A stretch of DNA of 64,000 nt, from positions 32,001 to 96,000 of IMG/VR virus record IMGVR_UViG_3300031231_000003. One strand, written 5' to 3'. The translations under genes and the position numbers were made by a program. This DNA is from a virus. The notes under the pieces are model-generated. The model made no database searches. It was not told the DNA's origin and saw only the letters and a list, made by a program, of their open reading frames with translations. Every line of letters starts with the position of its first letter. Positions within the stretch are counted from its first letter, which is position 1. Below are positions 52,598-60,139 of this stretch, one piece after another.

Positions 52598-53520
52598 TCG
52601 TTGTTCCATAGATCATGAAGTGATTCACGGACGAGAGTTCTTTCTTGAGTTGTTAGATCATGATTGAACACGAGAATTCTTGCTACTTGTGCATTGTTTT
52701 GTCCCGTATGGGGTCCGGGTACCGGGTTCGCACAGATCGACAATCCTCCGATATTTCGTGGACTGATATCATCCATGTTCCATGAAAATTGTTCATCAAA
52801 GTACGCGGTGAGCGTTCCTGAACCATTCGAGCTGATCTCAATCATGTGCTTGTTCAAGTCAATATGGGCAATGATAGAACTGCTCGAAATCATGTGTGAT
52901 TCATTGTTGATCGCAAGAACGAAATCGGATTCATCGTTGTACAGGTACATTTGATAGAATGCCGTAGTGGTGTTCAAGTTAAAATCAAAGATTCCCGCTT
53001 CGCTCGAAGGTGTATCATTCAATTTCAACACGACGAACATTGACCATTCCTTGAAACTGCCCGATGGATTCGAAAGCGTTTCGAATAAGCTGGGAAATTC
53101 AAAGTTGTCAAGCCATTGTTCAGCTTCATTCGCGTCTTTTGGTCCTTCGAATTTAATACTTTTGACAGAATTTCCTCCGAACGTTGTTTCAAGTGTTGGT
53201 TCGTGACCGCTACCCGTAAAGTACGTTTCTTCACCGGCCGAATTTCCGATGAACAAGACATCCGAACTCGATAATGATAGTGAACTCGTATTTTCAGGAT
53301 TGAAATCCCAGATGCAACCCGATACGTCGGTAGGAATTTCCTCCAACGGGAAGAACAAAATATTTCCTTCCTCGCCGTTAAAACATGTACGTAAAAGTTT
53401 GACTTCGCTTGATCCGTAAGTTGTGATCATGTCGTTCAAAGTTCCTTCGAACTCGACCGATCCCGATAGATTAAGTGAACCGCTAAGCTCGCCGCTAAAA
53501 ATGTTGAGATTAAAATTCAT
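52594..53520 (-). CDS. Acidic beta-sandwich (LamG-like) protein, possibly virion-associated (start likely 53520)
   Basis: SGS-rich N-terminus; W.MFVVLK and VARILVFNHDLT..ER..V...L..W; the longer ORF overlaps RuvC. Confidence 0.6.
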   Translation of the reverse strand: MNFNLNIFSGELSGSLNLSGSVEFEGTLNDMITTYGSSEVKLLRTCFNGEEGNILFFPLEEIPTDVSGCIWDFNPENTSSLSLSSSDVLFIGNSAGEETYFTGSGHEPTLETTFGGNSVKSIKFEGPKDANEAEQWLDNFEFPSLFETLSNPSGSFKEWSMFVVLKLNDTPSSEAGIFDFNLNTTTAFYQMYLYNDESDFVLAINNESHMISSSSIIAHIDLNKHMIEISSNGSGTLTAYFDEQFSWNMDDISPRNIGGLSICANPVPGPHTGQNNAQVARILVFNHDLTTQERTLVRESLHDLWNND

Positions 53521-53654
53521 AGTTTCCACCCGTAATTGAGAATCAAATTGGGATTCCCCCTTTGTTATCATATACTTATGGGTTTCATGATGAAGTTTTA
53601 CCAACTTCAAAAGAGTTCGTTTAACTTTCTTCGTAAAAACTTTACAATGAACTT

Positions 53655-54191
53655 GTGGTAGTAATTGGTCTTGACATTTCAACTTCATGCACAGGCTTTT
53701 GTGCATATGAATCTCTCACAAAAACAATCCTGAAACTTGACCACATCGATTTCAAAGATTGCAAAACAATATGGTCGAAGGCCGACAAAGTTCGCGATTA
53801 CTTCAAGACAATCGAATACGACGTTGGATTCCTCGCAATCGAAGAGATTGCAATGATGTACGGGATGGGGGCTTCATCCGCAGGAACGATCACAACACTA
53901 GCTCGATTCAACGGGCTCGTATCGTACCTTGCTCGTGATCGTTTTGGAATCGAGCCCGTTCACATGACTCCCGCTCAAGCGAGAAAAGCGTGTGGATTGA
54001 AGATGCTTCAGAAACAGAAACACCCGCAAAAGCTCCCCCACAAGGAACAATGCTTCGTCACGATGTGTGCGACGGATCTTAAACACGTTGTTTGGCCAAC
54101 GAAGAAGAACGGTCAGATCGTTGATTGGGCAAGGGACGAATGTGACAGTTTCATCATTGCAAAGGGAGCCGCGAATTTATTTGTAAAATGA
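53655..54191 (+). CDS. RuvC-like Holliday junction resolvase
   Basis: IGLDISTSCTG, AIEE, LARFNG, P..ARK..G and DECDSFIIA. Confidence 0.85.
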   Translation: MVVIGLDISTSCTGFCAYESLTKTILKLDHIDFKDCKTIWSKADKVRDYFKTIEYDVGFLAIEEIAMMYGMGASSAGTITTLARFNGLVSYLARDRFGIEPVHMTPAQARKACGLKMLQKQKHPQKLPHKEQCFVTMCATDLKHVVWPTKKNGQIVDWARDECDSFIIAKGAANLFVK

Positions 54192-54229
54192 ACGTGTTTT
54201 CTTTTCGTGAGCTGTATTAAATTTCAATA

Positions 54230-54553
54230 GTGATACATCAAGAATCACAGAAAAGAAATCAAATGCCCCGGAAGAAGTTTACACCACACGATCACGTTGC
54301 TGATGCAAAGTTTGCCGCCGACACGCTCAAGGCCATTTCTACGATTTTGGATGAAAATGGGAAACTAAAGCTGAGCGCGCCGATCAGACTTGTTGTTAAG
54401 ATTTTGAATCACGCTGTGAAATGTGAAAACGCTAAGATCGAAGTACGTCAACGATTGAATTCGAAACGGTTCGATAGTTTTATCAAGAATCGTGATGATC
54501 TGAAAGCTCTTCTAGAACTTGCTCGTCAAATTGAACGAAACAAGATCAAGTGA
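54230..54553 (+). CDS. Hypothetical basic protein
   Basis: ORF downstream of a promoter-like element. Confidence 0.55.
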   Translation: MIHQESQKRNQMPRKKFTPHDHVADAKFAADTLKAISTILDENGKLKLSAPIRLVVKILNHAVKCENAKIEVRQRLNSKRFDSFIKNRDDLKALLELARQIERNKIK

Positions 54554-54579
54554 ACGTCGATCTCAAGAAGACGTATAAT
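54551..54579 (+). promoter_or_regulatory. Sigma70-like promoter (representative copy)
   Basis: TGAACG-N17-TATAAT, 6 nt before GTG 54586; similar layout at 14316, 16750, 40285 and 59241. Confidence 0.6.
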
Positions 54580-54585
54580 TGATAC

Positions 54586-55458
54586 GTGAGTGTCATCTAC
54601 GTCATTAAGACGTGTAACAAGAACGTTCAACGTCAAGAAGCTTGTTCGAAGACATGGTTGATGAATGTCGATCCTTCGAACGTTTTCTGGAATGGTGACA
54701 CCAACGAACATGATATTGAACGTGGTTACGTTGGTGTTGCCGAAAAATTCGAACGATTCATGATCAATCACTCGTTCAACGAGTTGAATTGGTACATGTT
54801 CGTTGATGATGACACGTATGTGAACGTGGATTCGCTCCAATCCTGGACTTCCACTCTCGACATCAAGAAATTACTTTGTTTTGGATACCTCTTATCTCCA
54901 TGTCCTCAACCAACTTCGTTGGGAAGAGCGTGGACAAACAAGCATAAGGTTCTTCAAGGTGGTGCCGGGATCTTGATGTCGGGTCGATTATGTTTGTATC
55001 TACAGAAGACGATCAAGACGACTGATTCAAGAGTTGCGAAATCAGTTCAAGACGATGAGTTGATCATGAAAACACCATGTGAGGGAAAACCTCCGTGTTC
55101 GTGTTTGTTTTGTGCTGATGATCAATGGATCCTTCAATTCGTTCGTGAAGCTGAAGAAAAGATCAAAACAAAAATTGTTCATGATACACCAGTTTCTGCG
55201 ATAGTTCCCTCAATGAACAAAGGGGGAAAGTTAGTAAATAAAAAATTAGGTTCTCTTTTTCCCAATTGGGAACCGAATCGAGCGAATTCATTCTATCGTG
55301 AGAACAAGAAACTCTACGTTGACGTTTTTTTGAAAGGAAGCGTATTTACGATGTCAAACCTTTCGCCCGCTGGAATGAAGGGGCTTGACATGGTGATGAA
55401 GAAAGAGTTGAAGAATTCAGAGAAAACATATGAGTTCCTTGTGAAATATTCGAAATAA
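54586..55458 (+). CDS. Fringe-like (GT31) glycosyltransferase
   Basis: IKT..R....TW, WYMFVDDDTYVN, GGAGILMS and ADD. Confidence 0.8.
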   Translation: MSVIYVIKTCNKNVQRQEACSKTWLMNVDPSNVFWNGDTNEHDIERGYVGVAEKFERFMINHSFNELNWYMFVDDDTYVNVDSLQSWTSTLDIKKLLCFGYLLSPCPQPTSLGRAWTNKHKVLQGGAGILMSGRLCLYLQKTIKTTDSRVAKSVQDDELIMKTPCEGKPPCSCLFCADDQWILQFVREAEEKIKTKIVHDTPVSAIVPSMNKGGKLVNKKLGSLFPNWEPNRANSFYRENKKLYVDVFLKGSVFTMSNLSPAGMKGLDMVMKKELKNSEKTYEFLVKYSK

Positions 55459-56366
55459 TGCCGTATTGTCCTCAAACATATAATTTGCCGTCTTATTGTC
55501 CCCTTTGTGGAACATTTTTAGATGGCAAAAATCAATCAGTTGATCATATTATTGCCATAAACAATTTTAAACAAAAACAAAAAGATATTTTGAACGTAAC
55601 CTGGTTAAAGGTTGATCTTTGTAACCCCTGTCATACTAAAAAAACTGATATTGACAATGTTCAAATGTGTTTAAACACGTTCGGTGATTTTAGTTCAAAT
55701 CATGATGAACTTCTTGTTAAAAGAATTGCAGCGCTCAAACAATCGCTGAGAGGAAGAATTTCATTATTCAGTAGAAGAAGATATTCTAGACCGGGGCGTT
55801 GGTACAAGCGTTGTACACGTATAACGACGGTAAAGCAATCACGATTGTTCAAACTAGCGTTGAATTTCATTAAATCTGGAAATACACAACCTCAAATTCT
55901 GAATAATGGAATTCTTGCAAATTGCATAGACGTGTCAAATCTACGACCTGATTTAGACGAACTAAGGGTCATGATTGCAAAAGAGCTGGTATTTTACAAT
56001 ACGGGACTATTTTTCCCGCAATTTTGTGTTAGCGAATGTTATGGGCATGACGATATTTTTGATATTTTTGATTGTTTAGAAACAACTTATGTGCCAGTTT
56101 CACAACCTTTGTGGTTCAATGATACAGGAGCATACAAAAATTTGGTAAAGTATGATATTAAATTTTTAGACGATGAAACATTGGTTCGTTTTAGAATGTT
56201 TGAAACGAAATTTTCGTCAGCAACGAATCCTCAACACATACTGAACTGGATTTATGTCAAACTTCCCGCCGTTATTCCTCTATGGACAAGAAAATCTACG
56301 GTAAAATCCCCACCCAACAATCAATTACTACGGATTTTTTTCTTACCTCGAGGAATTCGTTTCTAA
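55458..56366 (+). CDS. HNH endonuclease-domain protein
   Basis: CPLCG..SVDHII..LCNPCHTKKT; AT-rich. Confidence 0.65.
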   Translation: MPYCPQTYNLPSYCPLCGTFLDGKNQSVDHIIAINNFKQKQKDILNVTWLKVDLCNPCHTKKTDIDNVQMCLNTFGDFSSNHDELLVKRIAALKQSLRGRISLFSRRRYSRPGRWYKRCTRITTVKQSRLFKLALNFIKSGNTQPQILNNGILANCIDVSNLRPDLDELRVMIAKELVFYNTGLFFPQFCVSECYGHDDIFDIFDCLETTYVPVSQPLWFNDTGAYKNLVKYDIKFLDDETLVRFRMFETKFSSATNPQHILNWIYVKLPAVIPLWTRKSTVKSPPNNQLLRIFFLPRGIRF

Positions 56367-56687
56367 ATGCTTTCTCGCTCTAATTCGCTTCTTCGACTCA
56401 AAGCTCTCACTGATCACAAATGGTTGACGAAGGTTCCATTCGAACACGTTCGTTTCTTTCTGTTCGAGTGTGAAACATTGTACGTGGGCAAGAACCACAT
56501 TACGACGTTCAAAGGTAACCTGAAGCACTCGTTCACGTTCAATGGAAACTCGATTCCTACGATCTCGTATCGAACGAGATTTCGTAATCCACATTTGGAT
56601 CAAAGTAAACGAAAGTACGAATGGTGGCATTTAAGTAATTTCATTCGATGCGCAGATGATCTAAGTGATCCGTTCGCTGGAAAATAA
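56367..56687 (+). CDS. Hypothetical protein
   Basis: Abuts the preceding stop. Confidence 0.5.
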   Translation: MLSRSNSLLRLKALTDHKWLTKVPFEHVRFFLFECETLYVGKNHITTFKGNLKHSFTFNGNSIPTISYRTRFRNPHLDQSKRKYEWWHLSNFIRCADDLSDPFAGK

Positions 56688-56719
56688 ATGGGTGTCTTTA
56701 CGTTGATTGATGTGATACA

Positions 56720-56926
56720 TTGGATTTTATCATGAACAAAGATCTGAACTCAGAGGGATTTAGAGTTGCAAAGAGAAAACTTTCTCAATCTCAAGTTGAA
56801 GAACTATTGACGATTCTTCAAGAATATCCGCATTTTGCGAAGGATGTTTTGGTTAAAATGCCCGGGGGACGGATGGTATCTTTCGAAGATCATTTTCGAG
56901 AAACAAGAAAAAAATATTTTCATTGA
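56720..56926 (+). CDS. Hypothetical protein
   Basis: Short ORF after a promoter-like element. Confidence 0.45.
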   Translation: MDFIMNKDLNSEGFRVAKRKLSQSQVEELLTILQEYPHFAKDVLVKMPGGRMVSFEDHFRETRKKYFH

Positions 56927-57058
56927 TCAGATCAAATTGTCAAGATCAATTCATAATCCAAAAATGTTCGGACTTGAATTTGGTGAGAATAATGGGATCA
57001 TGATTGATCCCGAATACATTAACATGGATAAATTGAACGATTTCTTGTTGAGCATTCA

Positions 57059-57298
57059 ATGAAATTCGTTCATGCTCAAGAGGTGAAGTTAAAAGTTGGG
57101 GTAGGTGCAAAAACAGCTAATTCACCCACTGGAAAAGGAATCATACTTGATAATGTTGATGGATTAAATCTCGTTCTTTGGGTTGATGACGGGATTCAAG
57201 ATTATCGCATGGATGGTGAATTATTGTTGTTCGTTGAAAACGATGGATCGTTGATCGAACGAGTGTTCCGTCGTTTGATCAATCTATTGAACTCATGA
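57059..57298 (+). CDS. Small SH3-like protein (paralog of 49266-49523)
   Basis: QEVKL..NSPTG.GII..LVLW..LIERVFRRL; ATGA overlaps on both sides. Confidence 0.6.
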   Translation: MKFVHAQEVKLKVGVGAKTANSPTGKGIILDNVDGLNLVLWVDDGIQDYRMDGELLLFVENDGSLIERVFRRLINLLNS

Positions 57299-58287
57299 CG
57301 ACTGAAATCTTCACGTTCGGAAGTAAGTTGAAATTCATCGAGAAATGCTTTGGAAAGGCGTACATCTCAACTTCGCAAAGGAACGTGGAAGTAAGATGTC
57401 CAGTTTGTCAACCGAAAGATCCGACAAAAAAGAAACTTTCCATACGAATTGCCGATGATGCCTTCAACTGTTGGGTTTGCAGTTTAAAAGGCCGATCACT
57501 AATATTCCTGCTCAAGAAGTACGGGACTCAGGAGCTGATCAACGAGTACATTGACACGTTTGCCCCTTCGTTAAAAAACAAGCACAAGAATGCGATCATC
57601 ACGATTGAACCCGATAAGTTCACACTTCCGAACGATTTCAAGCTACTTGCGGTTGAACAAGATACAAAGGATCCCGATACCCGTGCAGTTCTCTCGTACC
57701 TGAGATCAAGGGACATCACCGAACGGGATCTTTGGTACTTCAAGTTCGGTGTTTCTAATCAATCGCGTTGGTTCAGAAGGGCTTTGGTCCCTTCATTCGA
57801 CTCAGAAGGCAACGCTGACTTCCTCGTCGGTCGCTCGATTGATTCGAAGAGGATGCCTAAGTACCAACAACCTCACGTTCAAAGAGGTGACATCGTATTC
57901 AACGAGCTCAACGTTGATTGGACGAAACGACTCGTGCTTTGTGAAGGCGTGTTCGATGTCATCAAATGTGGAGATAACGCGGTTCCATTGCTTGGTTCCA
58001 GCTTGAACGAGCATTCGTTGTTGTTTGAACGCATTGTGACGAACATGACACCCGTTGTCATAGCTCTCGATAACGACATGGTTGATTCTGCGATACCTCG
58101 CATCGTGAAGAAGCTGGATGAGTACCAGATCGAAGCCACGATAGTCGATCTCAATGGGAAGAAGGATCCGGGCGAGATGACACGTGATGAGTTCAAACGT
58201 GCTCTTGAGAACACGAGATCCCTCGATTGGTACAACTTCTTCCAATCCAAGCTGAACAGAATGACGAACGTATCATTGTCGAAATGA
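57295..58287 (+). CDS. DNA primase (Zn finger + Toprim)
   Basis: CPVC..FNCWVC, YLRSR, LCEGVFD, ALDND and KDPG. Confidence 0.9.
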   Translation: MTTEIFTFGSKLKFIEKCFGKAYISTSQRNVEVRCPVCQPKDPTKKKLSIRIADDAFNCWVCSLKGRSLIFLLKKYGTQELINEYIDTFAPSLKNKHKNAIITIEPDKFTLPNDFKLLAVEQDTKDPDTRAVLSYLRSRDITERDLWYFKFGVSNQSRWFRRALVPSFDSEGNADFLVGRSIDSKRMPKYQQPHVQRGDIVFNELNVDWTKRLVLCEGVFDVIKCGDNAVPLLGSSLNEHSLLFERIVTNMTPVVIALDNDMVDSAIPRIVKKLDEYQIEATIVDLNGKKDPGEMTRDEFKRALENTRSLDWYNFFQSKLNRMTNVSLSK

Positions 58288-58325
58288 CATTCATTGTCAA
58301 TTCACTCGTGAATGATAATTAAGTC

Positions 58326-59243
58326 GTGATGAACACGCTACGCAATTACGTGAGATTGATCCTTTCCGAGAGGATCAGGGCGAAAGATCCTTCCTCTTCG
58401 TCTTCACGTAAGGCAACGTTCAACATGAACGACTTCAAGAAATTGAAGCAAAATGATCCACTAGAAGGAACGTTTTTGAAGTACGCGAAACGCAACCTTC
58501 AAAGGTTGGGAGAGGGATCATCTCGTGAAGTATTCTTACTTTCATCACAAAAGGTTCTCAAGGTCGCGGTGAACGAAAAAGGTATCGCTCAAAACGAAGC
58601 CGAGATTGATGTTTATACGAATCCCAAGACTCGACCGATCATATCGAAGGTGTACGATTATGGTTCAGGTTACGAATGGCTCGTATCTGAACTAGTTCGT
58701 GAATTGACGTACGAAAAAATCTGCACTTTGTTGGATCTTGATGGTTCTTGGGACTACATGATCAAGGAACTTATCGTTGATAAAATGCCAATTGATAAAC
58801 TTGTCAAGCGATACACGGAAAAAAATTTAAGAGTCAAAGATTCAGGAACTGATGTTCCTGGCTCAGTCGTTGTCGATAAACATGGGAACCACGTAGCAGG
58901 ACCGTTTTTTTCGCCGCCAGGCTGGGAACACGATCGCGGAACGCCCGAAGCATTTAAAGCAATCGATGAAATTAACGTACAAAATCCCAAGTTGAAACAA
59001 TTTCTCATTGCATTGAAACAAACGATGGAAGTGAACGAGCTCGAACGCGGAGACATTCAACCCCAACATTTCGGTAAAAGCGCTTCGGGCGACATCGTGC
59101 TTCTCGATTACGGGTACACGACAACGGTTCTTAAGAATCATTACGGGGGCGGTGATATCAGTTGGGATGATGGTGATGATGACGTTGATCCGTCAAATTC
59201 GATATCTGGTCGTGAAACCACTCGATCACCCGCGGCAAGTTGA
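58326..59243 (+). CDS. Protein kinase-like protein
   Basis: LGEGSSREVF, VLKVA, QNEAE, GDIQPQHFG and LLDYG. Confidence 0.75.
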   Translation: MMNTLRNYVRLILSERIRAKDPSSSSSRKATFNMNDFKKLKQNDPLEGTFLKYAKRNLQRLGEGSSREVFLLSSQKVLKVAVNEKGIAQNEAEIDVYTNPKTRPIISKVYDYGSGYEWLVSELVRELTYEKICTLLDLDGSWDYMIKELIVDKMPIDKLVKRYTEKNLRVKDSGTDVPGSVVVDKHGNHVAGPFFSPPGWEHDRGTPEAFKAIDEINVQNPKLKQFLIALKQTMEVNELERGDIQPQHFGKSASGDIVLLDYGYTTTVLKNHYGGGDISWDDGDDDVDPSNSISGRETTRSPAAS

Positions 59244-59276
59244 ACATCAACAACTTAACGTAATACATTAGAAGTA

Positions 59277-59924
59277 ATGCTCAGATTTGCGACGATTGCG
59301 GACGTTCACATCCGCTCGTTAACACGTCATGATGAGATTCGAGAAGTGTTCAACGCTTTCGTTAAAGACGTGAAGGAACACAACATCGATCACATTTTCA
59401 TTGGTGGCGACATCGGTCACAGTAAAACAGCACAATTTTCGGCTGAGTACGTTGATCTCATGGTTGAGCTGATCAACTTGCTTGGCGATACCGCACCGAC
59501 CCACATGATCTTGGGAAATCACGACCTGAACGAGAGAAACAAGATCAGACAGGATGTGATCACACCCGTTTTAAACGCGGTCAAGCACCCAAACGTGCAT
59601 CTTTACAAGACTAGCGGTGTTTACAGTATCGCAGAAGGTTGCAATTTGTGCGTCTTTAGCATCTTTGACGAGGAGAATTGGAAAAATGTGGAACCCGTAG
59701 AAGGTGACATCAACATCGCTTGTTATCACGGGGGCGTTTCGGGAGCAAGGACTGAAACTGATTGGGAACTCACGGGAGGTCTGGAATTAGATCATTTTGC
59801 TGAATATGATGCAACTTTCCTCGGTGACATCCACAAATTTCAATGGCTGGATCATCGTGATTTTGAAATTGAAATTGACGAGGATGAGTTAAAAGATTAT
59901 CCCGGAGCAATTGTGCTTCCATGA
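59277..59924 (+). CDS. Mre11/SbcD nuclease, N-terminal fragment
   Basis: IADVH, GGD, GNHD, YHG and LGDIH phosphoesterase motifs; lacks the YxGS motif. Confidence 0.9.
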   Translation: MLRFATIADVHIRSLTRHDEIREVFNAFVKDVKEHNIDHIFIGGDIGHSKTAQFSAEYVDLMVELINLLGDTAPTHMILGNHDLNERNKIRQDVITPVLNAVKHPNVHLYKTSGVYSIAEGCNLCVFSIFDEENWKNVEPVEGDINIACYHGGVSGARTETDWELTGGLELDHFAEYDATFLGDIHKFQWLDHRDFEIEIDEDELKDYPGAIVLP

Positions 59925-60139
59925 AATTTAGTGATCTCAGACCGGGAGATATGTACATCACGTCTGGTTCTACCGTTTATCCTCAGCATGAATCAGCAAC
60001 CGTTGTAGCCGTAACTGAGAATCATATAACGTGGTTGATTACGGAAAATAGATTGACAAAGATCTATCGTTTTAAGAATTTCAATGATCAACCTTTCGAT
60101 GAAAAGGGAATCACTTGGTTGAGGGTGAAAAATGTCTAA
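59921..60139 (+). CDS. Small 'PGD'-family protein lying inside the split Mre11
   Basis: MKFSDLRPGDMYI; overlaps both flanking genes. Confidence 0.65.
   Translation: MKFSDLRPGDMYITSGSTVYPQHESATVVAVTENHITWLITENRLTKIYRFKNFNDQPFDEKGITWLRVKNV

Noticed and set aside
53655-54191. TnpB/Cas12-type RuvC nuclease
   Set aside because: Only 178 aa with a plain resolvase layout; no Zn ribbon, recognition lobe or array.
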